A DNA stretch of 64,000 nucleotides from Centroscyllium fabricii (Eukaryota), in the NCBI GenBank assembly GCA_051313645.2, contig JBNRSN020000020.1:93186001-93250000 (forward strand), read 5' to 3'. Below, piece by piece: positions 46,231-57,300 of this stretch. The notes below the pieces were generated by a model. It did no database searches. It was not told where the DNA came from and saw only the letters and a program-made list of their open reading frames with translations. The number at the start of each line of letters is the position of its first letter. Position 1 is the first letter of the stretch. The position numbers and the translations under genes were made by a program.

Positions 46231-49200
46231 CATAACAATGGCTAGACACGTGCGAAATGCCAGCGGCGCCATCTTCGGAGCGGCCATCTTGCCACTCGCC
46301 CCAGACGGGGCCCCAGCGAGCGGAGGGCCCCCACACACACACAACGTCGGCCTCAGCCACAGTCGATCAGGCCAGGCCGCACGCCTTATCCAACTCCATG
46401 ATGGGGATCAAGGTGGAGAGGCACACCACTAACTGCCTGTTCGACACCGGTAGCACAGAGAGCTTTATTCACCCCGACACAGTGCGGCGCTACGCACTGC
46501 AGACCCAGCCCATGCATTCCCAAATCTCCCTAGCCTCAAAGTCCCACACGGCGGACATCACCGGCTACTGCAGCGTCACGCTCACCATCAGGGACCGCAC
46601 TTACCGTAATTTTAAGCTGTCCGTTCTCCCGCAGCTGTGCGCCCCATTATTACTGGGACTGGATTTCCAGTGTCACGTGAAGAGCGTGACGATGGAATAT
46701 GGTGGGTCCCTGGCCCCCCTCACCGTCAGTAGCCGGGACGGTCCCGACCTAACGCGGCGCTCGACTTGCGGCCTGTCCACACTGAAAGTCGACCCCCCCT
46801 CGCAGTTTGCCAACCTCGACCCCGAGTGCAAACCCATTGCAACCAAAAGTCGGCGGTACAGTGCAGGGGACCGTGCGTTTATCGGGTCGCAGGTCGAGCG
46901 CCTGCTAAAAGAAGGGATCATTGAGGCCCGCACCAGCCCTTGGAGAGCCCAGGTCGTGGTGGTTAAGACAGGCGAGAAACTGCGCATGGTCATAGACTAT
47001 AGTCAGACGATTAACCGCTACACCGGGCTCGACGCCTACCCCCTCCCCTGCATCTCGGATATGGTAAACCAGATCGCCCAGTACAAGGTCTTCTCCACAA
47101 TTGACCTCAAGTCGGCGTATCACCAGCTCCCCATCCGGAATTAGGACCGCCGGTACACCACCTTCGATGCGAACGGCTGGCTCTACCACTTCCTCCGGGT
47201 CCCCTTCGGCATGACCAACGGAGTGTCGGTCTTCCAACGGGAGATGGACCGGATGGTTGACCAAAACGAGTTGCAGGACACTTTCTCCTACCTGGACAAC
47301 GTGACCATCTGCGGCCATAACCAGCAGGGCCACGATGCCAACCTCGCCAAATTCTTTAACGGCCAAACGGCTGAACCTGACGTATAATAAGGACAAGTGC
47401 GTCTTTAGTACGGACTGGCTCGCCATCCTCGGCTACGTGGTGGAAAACGGGGTCCTCTTCCCCGATCCCCAACGTATGCGTCCCCTGCAGGAGCTGCCCT
47501 TACCCCACAATCTCAAAGCCCTGAAGAGATGCCTGGGGTTTTTCTCCTATTACGCACAATGGGTTCCCCAGTATGCGGATAAGGCATCCTCAAGGCCGAC
47601 GTCTTCCCACTCCTGTCAGAAGCCCAAACGGCATTCGCCCAGATCAAGGAAGACATCATCAAGGCGACCATGCATGTCGTTGATGAGTCCATCACCTTCC
47701 AGGTGGAAAGTGATGCATCGGACTTTGCCCTCGTCACCACCCTCAACCAGGCGGGCAGGCCCGTAGCGTTCTTCTCCCGGACCCTACAGGGACCCGAAAT
47801 TCGCCACTCCGCAGTGGAAAAGGAGGCCCAGGCTATTGTGGAGGCAGTGCGCTTCTGGCGCCACTACCTGGCTGGTAAGAGATTTACCCTAATCACCGAC
47901 CAACGGTTGGTGGCGTTTATGTTTAACACTAAACAGCGGGGTAAAATTAAGAATGATAAGATCCTTCAGTGGTAGATCGAGCTCTCGACGTACGAGTACG
48001 ACATTCTTTACCGGCCAGGTAAGCTTAACGAGCCCCCGGACGCATTGTCCAGGGGAACGTGCGCCAGCACCCAGCTTGACCGGCTGCAGGACCTCCACGA
48101 TCGCCTCTGCCACCCGGGTGTCACCAGACTCGCCCACTTCGTCAAGTCCCGCAGCCTCCCCTACTCCATCTCGGAGATCAAGGCTGCGCTGAATGCAAAC
48201 CCCAAATTTACAGGCCAGACAGGGCGCACATCATCAAGGCCACCCGTCCCTTCGAGCGCCTGAGTGTGGAACCCTCCCCTCCACTGACCGCGACTCGTAT
48301 TTTCTCACGGTCATCGACGAGTTCTCCCGCTTCCCCTTTGCCTTCCCCTGCCCAGATATGACGAGCTCAACGGTGATCAAACACTTCACCACGCTGCTCG
48401 CCATTTTCTGTCTCCCCAGCTACATCCACAGCGACCGGGGGTCATCGTTCATGAGTGACGAGCTGCGTCAGCTTCTGCTCCAGAAGGGGATTGCCTCGAG
48501 CTGAACGACCAGTTACAACCCCCGGGGGAACGGCCAGGTAGAAAGGGAGAACGGGGCTATCTGGAGGGCGGTCACCCTGGCCCTGAAGTCCAGAGGCCTT
48601 CCAGTATCCCGTTGGCAGCAGGTCCTCCCCGACGCGCTCCATTCCATCCGCTCTCTGCTACCAATGCCACACCTCACGAACAATTGTTTTCCTTCCCCAG
48701 GAAATCGACTTCGGGGACACCGCTCCCGCTGTGGCTGACCACCCCGGGGCCAGTCCGGCTTAGGAAGCATGTCCACAGCCACAAGACGGACCCCCTGGTG
48801 GAACGGGTGCACCTGCTAAACGCCAACTCGCAATATGCGTACGTGGCATACCCAGACGGGCGCGAAGACACAGTCTCAATCAGGGACCTGGCGCCCACCG
48901 GGACCACGATCACGGAACCCCCGGTTGAGCCTCAGCTCCACCAGCCACCACCCAGCGAACACTGGTCCCCATACACACACACACCGAGGCCCTGGACATC
49001 AACGGGCGACGAACAGAGGTCAGACATTGCACCGCTGCCACCATTGGCGGACAACACGACCCCGACCCCGCGACCAGAACCACCATCACCGGCACCCCGT
49101 CGGTCCCTCAGGCAGACACGTCCACCCGAGAGACTGATCACAGAAGGTTAAATTGCCAACTGTGTTAACGCACGTTCAGCCCGCCGGACTCATTTTTAAA

Positions 49201-49442
49201 GAAGGGGTGAATGTGGTAAATGTGTATTTACCATCTGTATATAATGTCCACACCAGTAATGACCTGACGGCATTACTGGTCACATACCTGTATATCTGTA
49301 AATACCTGACGGCAGGAACTGTCCCACCTCTAACCCCTCCCCTCAGGTCGGAGTACATAGGTGGCTTGCTGACCATTCACCGTCTTAACCTCATCCGGAG
49401 ACCAGCTCCATTTATAGTTAATAAAAGCCTTCAGTTGAGGTA

Positions 49443-49838
49443 ACATAGAAACATAGAAGATAGGAGCAGGAGTAGGCCGTTCGGCCCTTCGAGCCTGCTC
49501 CGCCATTCAGTGAGATCATGGCTGATCATCCAAACCCAGCACCCCGCCCCTGCCCTCTCCCCATATCCCTATCGAGCCTGCACCGACACATATCCCACCC
49601 GATCCCCGTAACCCCACATATTTAATCCCCCCTAACACTAAGGGTCAATTTATCCTGGCCAATCAACCTAACCCGCACATCTTTGGCCTGTGGGAGGAAA
49701 CTGGAGCACCCGGAGGAAACCCACGCAGATACGGGGAGAATGTGCAAACTCCACACAGATAGTACCCGAGGCCGGATTTGAACCCGGGTCTCCAGTGCTG
49801 TGAGGCAACAATGGTAACCACTATGCCACCGTGCCGCC
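49443..49838 (-). mobile_element. HE1-type V-SINE inside the 3' LTR of element 3
   Basis: LTR U5 sequence resumes after 49838 and ends ...TTGACGATACGTCA. Confidence 0.9.
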
Positions 49839-50762
49839 CTACGATTCGTCTTTGTGTCTTAATTGACGATACGTCACTGCGTAAATATAATTATCGATTT
49901 TCTTTAGACTTTCGATCACTAAAAATCGAACGAAAGCTTTTTTTTTACATTTACCTACACTGATATTTATAATTTGTTAAATAAAACCGTTCAGACGGGA
50001 GAAATGGGTTGCTGAAAAAATTCTTGCTGTCCTCTGGATCGGTTACGGAGGCTTTACTCCTCCTTTGACTGTGCGCAAACACTTGAACACTTACACGCAG
50101 TCCAGCAAGCATGAAATCGGCGGAAGTGCATTGCGCCCGCACTTCATTTCAGCTCTATGCGTTCGGGACTCTGGCCTCTTCTGGCAGAGAATCGGAAATG
50201 CCGTTTTCCTGCGCATGCGTGGTGCATGCGGGAAACCGGTAATTCCGATCGCTAGCAGCGGGAGTACCAGGTGCGTTGTTACCCTAATTTCTGGGCCATT
50301 AGAGCCACACATCATATCAGGAAACCTACGAAACCTGTTAAGCTCTGTGGATTGATTCTATTATTATTTTCTAAGAATTTATACCATCAGTAATGACTTG
50401 CTGCTTATTGCTTTTGATATTGTCTGACTATTAGTTTTAGTCTGAATGCACACATCTGACATTTAATACAGTTCAAAGACAAGAAAATGTGGTGAGCATC
50501 CCACATGATGTCTGGCACAATAGTCTGTAGTTAACGAAATTGTTTGTCCCATAATACTTGAAATTCTTGGTCAGCTAGTTTGACCGGCCACGAATTGGGA
50601 ATGTGCAACATGAGTCGGATTTCCCGACCTCTGCCCGCTACCTGGGAGACTCTGCACTGCTGCGGAGCCTCGGGATATCGGAACTGTCGTGTTTCCTCCC
50701 AGATCAAACATTGACCCGATATTTCAGTCGAGAGTAATAAAGTAAATCGCTGAGAAATGTAC

Positions 50763-51083
50763 CGTAAGATATTTGTAGCTTTACAGCAAATTTTGGATCG
50801 ACGCCAGATTGTTCAATCCCACAGCTGTACCATCCTGTATCTCCTGGACGAAGATCCTCCATAGTAACAACAAATATTCTTGCAGTCTTGTTATCTGTGA
50901 TTGACATTCTTCCTCGTCTTCCATGTTGGTCATTTGTTTTTACTAAATCTGAACAACTCACAGTTGTCCCATCACACCAATATTTCACATATGACTGGTA
51001 CCCTTCGTCATAGTAACATTCTATTGTGATCGCTCTTCCCACAACTCCTCTTACGTTTTTGTTTGCCCACAATGCACCTGAAA
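50763..51083 (-). CDS. Receptor exon 2 (CD300/pIgR/TREM-type IgV domain)
   Basis: tctcctcag|TT...TAC G|gtacat; 321 nt, phase 1/1. ITIECYY...KYWC-x6-C...RMSITDN...FVVTMEDLRPGDTGWYSCG, with the extra C-C' cysteine pair of the CD300/pIgR family. Confidence 0.95.
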
Positions 51084-51327
51084 CTGAGGAGACAACATTA
51101 CAGAAATTTATCAGGAAATAACTGCTTCATACAAACAGATACATTTCAATAAGAGTTACCACTCTGTACAGAGGAATCTCTCCACTCCATCTATTAATAC
51201 AGTTGAATTCCTTCTAGTTTGTGATGAAAGTAAACATTAATTTAGTGTCTCATCACATCCTCAGGATGTGCCACAGCACTCCACAGCCAATGATTTACTT
51301 TTGAAGTAAAGTCACTATAGTTATCGT

Positions 51328-51628
51328 GTCAGCTGTGGCTCAGTGTTCGCACTCTCGACTCTGAATCAGTAGATTGTGGGCTCATAGTCCCAGTCCAGAG
51401 ACTCTGAGCAGAAAATCGAGACTGACATTCCAGCACAGTATTGAGGGAGTGCTGCACTGTTGGAGGTGCCATCTTTCAGATGAGACATTAAACCCAGACC
51501 GTGTCTACCCTCTCAGGTGGATGTAAAAATTCCCAGGGAACTATTTGAAAAAAGAGCTAGGGAATTCTTCCCAGCGTCCTGGCCCACATTTATCTTTCAA
51601 CCAGCAATCAATATGAAACAGATAATCT
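51328..51628 (+). mobile_element. SacSINE1/Deu-domain-like SINE fragment
   Basis: Similar to 25985-26280. Confidence 0.68.
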
Positions 51629-51646
51629 GGGGGAAAAATTGGATTG

Positions 51647-51882
51647 TGTGGTAATCGTGTAATACCACTGTAAATAGTTGCTGGTTCACCTATACTGTAT
51701 TGTAGGCCAGGTCAGCCACACCCCTAACTCCTCCCCTCAGGTCGGAGCATATAGGTGAGGGCTGCCCTGCCCCCGCTCATTCTTCACCTTGACCTCATCA
51801 GGAGACCAGCTCCATTCTTAGTTAATAAAAGCCTGTAGTTTAGGTAACTACTCGTCTTTGTGTATCAATTGACGATTCGTCA
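51647..51882 (+). mobile_element. Solo LTR of the same Gypsy family (shorter U3)
   Basis: TGTGGTAATC...TTCGTCA, flanks GATTG/GGTTG, shares AGGCCAGGTCAGCCACACC and GTTAATAAAAGCC. Confidence 0.88.
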
Positions 51883-53110
51883 GGTTGCGCCCCAAAAATA
51901 GTTAGCGCCGTTCCGCCTGAAATTAAGTTTTAGCGCCCCAAGTAGGGGGTGGGGCGTTACTGCAAGCGCCCCACCTCGTTCCTTGTGCGCAACAACTCAA
52001 TTTCGGCCGCTGCACCACGCTCTGCAGCACGCTGCGCCGCGGTACTGCAGGCCTCCCTCCCCTTCTTAAAGGGGAGTGGCTTAGCGCGGCGCGGACCTGG
52101 GTCCCGCTGGACCACCGGGGATCGGAGTGCCAGCAAAGGAGCCCGGCACTTGAGGGAAGTGCCGGGCTCATGGAGCACAGCCAGCATTCCACGGAGCAGA
52201 AAGAGAAAAGGATATAGGAAAGATAAAAGAGGGAAACGGGGAGTTAAAGACATCAAATCAGAAAGAGGAAGGATTGGAAAGAGGACGATTACCAAACAGA
52301 CAGAGGCACATGGCAGTTGCATGTAGATAAGTACATAAAATATTCTGTGTAAAATTGGTAAGCTAGAGGCACAAACCTTTATGGGGAGGTTTGATGTAAT
52401 AGAATTAACGGTCGTGGCTTAGGGTAGGGTGGGGCTGGGAGTTCGACATTGCTGGTAACAAAGATTTGTCATAAACAGAGGAGAGTTATATTAATCAAAA
52501 CTTCCATTACAGCATAATATCGTAGGGTTAATGTGGGGCGGGAGTGAAAAAGCTAAATCTACTTTGTTAGAGTTAAAGAGTGAGAAGAAAGCGGTTACTT
52601 ACTGGAAGAGTAATATAGACCAACCCTCTACCAGTGAGGAACAGTGTCACTGACAGAGTCTCATGAAATAATATTTCATCAGCTGTACTTTAAATAACAG
52701 AAACAATTGTAAACTCGAGACATGTTCAGTGTGAGGGATTATTACTGTTGTGATCTTCAGTGTATATTGGACAGTAGACTACATAAAAAATCACTTTTTA
52801 CAGATTAAAATGGGTTACATTTGCATTTGGTTATGTTACTCGTGTAGCTTTTAAAAACATTAAATGGTCTTATTTTCCATTCACAATGAATAATGCAGTT
52901 TAGTATATATTGGTAAATATTTGTCTGGCACAATAGTACAGTCAAAAAGAGATGACAAGACTTCACACAAATATTATTCATGTATATTTTTGCCGGGTAT
53001 TTTGTGCCTTTACATGTCTACAAGTATTTAAACCGCTCTGCTCTATAATCCGTACACTAGACTCAAACTGACGCTGATTATCTGAATATCCCGCCCTGGC
53101 TGTCACTCAC

Positions 53111-53147
53111 CGGGCAGGGAACAAATGAGAAGAATCAGAACCCACAT
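53111..53147 (-). CDS. Receptor exon 1 (signal peptide)
   Basis: ATG TGG GTT CTG ATT CTT CTC ATT TGT TCC CTG CCC G|gtgagt. With exon 2 gives MWVLILLICSLPVSGALWA. Total CDS 1254 nt = 417 aa + stop. Confidence 0.88.
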
Positions 53148-53179
53148 CGTTTTCTTCGCGAAGACCAGATCCGCACTTG

Positions 53180-53370
53180 TCGTCAGTCATCCAGCTCTTA
53201 GTTCTCATATGTGATTAAGTATCTGATATAAATCATACACAGAATTTAAATGAGGAAGAAGAAAGCAGGAAGCCAGGTCATCAAACCACAAAAGCCAGCT
53301 GATGAAATTTGACCCTTAAGAACTTGAAATACTGTCAGTTATATTTAACAAACGAAAGGAAACTAATCAT
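53180..53370 (-). promoter_or_regulatory. Putative proximal promoter with ETS/PU.1 and RUNX motifs
   Basis: GAGGAAG (53252), CAGGAAG (53266), AACCACA (53284-53290) and an IRF-like GAAAGGAAACT (about 53354) just upstream of the ATG. Motif match only. Confidence 0.4.
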
Positions 53371-54321
53371 TGTCCAAGGTTAGGAAATGGTGAATAACAA
53401 GAGAGTTAAAATCTTTGAATCCTAGAATTATTTAATAGTTACAGCACAGAAGGAGGCCATTCGGCTTGTCGAGCACATGCCCGCTCTCTGCAAGAGCACT
53501 TCAGCTAGTCCCACTCCCCCACCCTTTCCCCGTAGGCCTTCCATTTTATTTCCTTCAGATACTTATCCAATTCCCTTTTGAAAGCCACAATTGAGTCTGC
53601 CTCCACCACCCTTGCAGGCAGTGCACTCCAGATCCAAACCACTCGCTGCGTGAAAAAGCTTTTCCTCATCTCACCTTTGGTTCTTTAGCCAATCACCTTG
53701 AATCTGTGTCCTCTGGTTCTTGACCCTTCCACCAATGGGAACAGTTTCTCTCTACCTAATCTGTCCAGGCCCCTCATGATTTTGAACATCTCTATCAAAT
53801 CTCCTCTCAACCTTCTCTGCTCTAAGGAAAACAGATTGTCTAGTCTAACCACGTAACTAGAATCCCTCATCCCTGGAATCATTCTAGTAAATCTTTTCTG
53901 CACCCTCTCTAAGGCCTTCACATCCTTCCTAAAGTGCTGTGCCCAGAATTGGACACAATACTCCAGTTGAGGCTGAACCAGTGTTTTATGAAGGTTCATC
54001 ATAACTTCCTTGCTTTTGCACTCTATGGGCTGGATTTTGTGAATGGAGACATGTTGGAGTCAGGGCTGCTGCTTGTCAGGTCTCAGTTCCGCCTCCATCA
54101 GCGTCTGGCCAGCCAGTGGGAGTTTCCCCTGATTGAGCTTGTTAAGTCTGCCCTGCGGACTCAGCAGGCCAATTAGGGGGAAGTTTCATCTGACGTGCCA
54201 CCTCTCAAGACGTCTTGAAAAAAGAAATGTCAGCGTTTGACAGCTCTGTGAAGCTGTTAAACCCTGACTTTCTATGTAGCTTGATGAGCCCTTGTGTTCA
54301 GGACTCATCAAACCTTTCTAG

Positions 54322-57300
54322 TGTGGCGACACGCCCACCAACAACATCGAACCCGCATCGGGAGCGCTGCAAGACGGTCCCGCCCACCGGGCGGCGTGCT
54401 GACGTCACCGCGACTTCCGGCGTGATGACGTCGCCAGGTGGAGACCCGGCAGTGACGTCACCTACCGCGGGACCTTTAAATACCTGGGCTCCCGGTGGTT
54501 CAGTCCCTTTTCCACCTAGCCCTAGCTACAGTAACATTAAATGATAACTTTCCGACTCATCTGTGTCCAGTGTGGTTCTTCGGCCCTGCATGCCTCTACA
54601 GTGGTGACCTCGATACTTGGGACGATTTCCAAGAGAACAATGAAGCAGTCACTGCAGGACTGAGGGCCAAGCTGCCTCAGTTGAATCGCAACCACCATGC
54701 CAGCAAGGATCGAAACAGCACGCCACCACAGACGGGGCCAGCACTTCGGCCACATCCCAATCCAACCTGAGTTCTGGGAACTCCGTCCAGCGGCCTGGTT
54801 CCTCAACACTGAGAACACCTTCCGCATCCATGGCGTGCAGGGGACGATCGCTACAGCCTGCTCTTCGCAGCCCTTGCGCAGCCCACAATCGACCGAATGT
54901 GGGACTCCATCGAGCAAGAACCAACTGCTGGCAGGTATGAATCGCTTAAGGCCACGCTGCTCCAAAAATTTACCCCCACCATTTTTGAGCGCGACTGCCA
55001 AGTCATTAATCTCCCCGAACTGGGGGACGCAGACCCCACCGACCTGTGGGCCCAATTCGAAGCGCTTAACCCAGACCCGGCCACTCTCAAGCGCGCCTTG
55101 TACCTCCTTAAACTGCCCCACTCCGTCAGACCGGCTCTGACGCTCCTGTAGCACCTCTCAACCAAGCAACTTGCTCAGGAGGCAGACAAGCTGATAAAGG
55201 CCGAGCGCACCCGTGCCGCCATGCACCGTAACGCTGCCGCTCCACCGGAGCAGCACTACGCGCAACCCAGGCACCAAGCCAGAGCGGTGCGAACCCACAA
55301 AAAGCCACGCACTACGGGCCCAGGCTGGTGCTACTACCACACCAGGTTTGAAGCCAAAGCGCAGCGCTGCGTCCAGCCCTGCACCTTCAAACCCCAAACC
55401 AGCCCCAGCCCCACCATGTCCGTAGGCCGCTCCGGAGCACTGCTCTTCGTCATAGACGGTGTCTCAGGCCTCCGCTTCCTCTGCGACACAGGCGCGCAGC
55501 ACAGCATCGTGCCAGCCTCCCCCACAGAAACCAAGCAAGGCACCCAAGGCCCGCCACTCGAAGCCGCAAACGGCTCCGAGATACTTACGTTCGGCACCCG
55601 CCAGCTTACCATCAAGCTGGCAGGCCACATGTACACGTGGGACTTTATCACAGCACAAGTTAAAATACCCCTACTCGGGGCCGACTTTCTGTGCGCCCAC
55701 GGCCTCCTGGTCGACGTTACCCGACGCCGCCTGGTCGACATCCACAACATGTCGACCATCCCATGCTCCACAAGGCCGGCACACCAGACCCACGCAGCGG
55801 CCCACTGCCGAGCCCGGAACTCCGACACGTACGCCACGCTGCTCGCGGAGTTCCCAGCCCTAACCAACCCCACCTTCACAGCCCGCACGGCCAAGCACGG
55901 GGTGGAGCACCACATCACCACCACAGGCCCCCCAGTCCATGCCCACGCACGCAGGCTGGACCCGGCCAAGCTGGAGATCGCGCACGCCGAGTTCCACATC
56001 ATGGAACAACTCGGCATAATCCGCCACTCCAGCAGCCCCTGGGCCTCCCCCCTCCACATCGCCCCCAAAACCGACGGCGGCTGGCGCCCCTGCGGAGACT
56101 ACCGCCACCTTAACAACGCCACCACCCCAGACAGGTACCCCGTTCCCCACATCCAGGATTTTTCAGCAAGGCTAGCCGGCTGCACGGTCTTTTCAAAGAT
56201 CGACCTGGTTCGGGGCTACCACCAGGTACCCGTGCACCCGGCGGACGTCCCTAAGACAGCCGTCATTACCCCATTCGGCCTGTTCGAATTCCTCCGAATG
56301 CCCTTCGGACTCAAAAACGCGGCCCAGGCCTTCCAGCGCCTCATGGACTCAGTCCTACGGGACCTGCAGTTCACATTCGTCTATCTCGACGACATCCTCG
56401 TGGCCAGCACCTCCCCCCAGGAACACCTCCTCCACATCAGGGCCCTTTTCAACCGTTTGGCCGAACACGGCCTCATATTAAGCCCCTCCAAGTGTCGATT
56501 CGGCCTCGAGGCTATCGACTTCCTCGGCCACCACATCTCCCAGACCGGGGCCATACCCCTGCCCTCCAAGGTGCAGGCGGTCCAGGAATTCCCTCGCCCG
56601 CACTCCATCAAGGGGCTGCAGGAATTCCTTGGGATGGTTAACTTCTACAACCGCTTCATCCCAGGAGCAGCCGCTCTCATGGCTCCCCTCTACCACGCCA
56701 CCCGCGGGCAGTCCAACAAAGCCGCGGTCGAGTGGACGGCCGAAGCCTCCACCGCCTTTACCGCAACCAAAACTGCCCTGGCCAATGCCACGCTCCTCAG
56801 CCACCCTAGGCCCAACGCCAGAGTAGCCCTCACCACCGACGCCTCCGACCACGCTGTCGGAGCAGTCTTCGAGCAGTGGACGGGCAACTCCTGGCAGCCA
56901 CTGGCCTTTTTCAGCCGACAACTCCGGCCCCCTGAGGTCAAGTACAGCGCCTTCGATAGGGAGCTACTCGCTCTCTACCTCGCGGTGCGCCACTTCCGCT
57001 TCCTCTTAGAGGGCCGCCACTTCACAGCCTTCGTGGATCACAAGCCACTCGTGTCCGCAATAGCTAAGATCTCCGAACCCTGGTCGGCCAGGCAGCAGCG
57101 CCAGCTCGCGGCCGTGTCGGAATTCACTACCGACATCCAGCACATCGCCAGCCACGACAACGTGGTCGCTGACTGCCTCTCACGCCCCACCATCGGCAAA
57201 GCGGCCTCCGACCACCCCCCACGCCCCGCCATCGACAACGTGGTCGCCGACTGCCTCCCACACCCCACCACCGACAGCGTCTGCGCGCACTGCCTCTCAC

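Larger units (their letters stand above)
43120..49876 (+). mobile_element. Degenerate, chimeric Ty3/Gypsy element (element 3) with two tandem gag regions
   Basis: LTR 43120-43400; gag1 from 43424; gag2 from 44712; PR-RT(YLDN)-RH-IN with stops and frameshifts (46257-49151); PPT AAGGGGTGAA; divergent 3' LTR 49212-49876 split by a SINE; no matching TSD. Confidence 0.92.

Noticed and set aside
45271-46344. 357-aa antisense ORF with KMAAPVVRTRLTAVG repeats
   Set aside because: By-product of a stop-poor GC-rich 45-bp repeat; no independent coding evidence.
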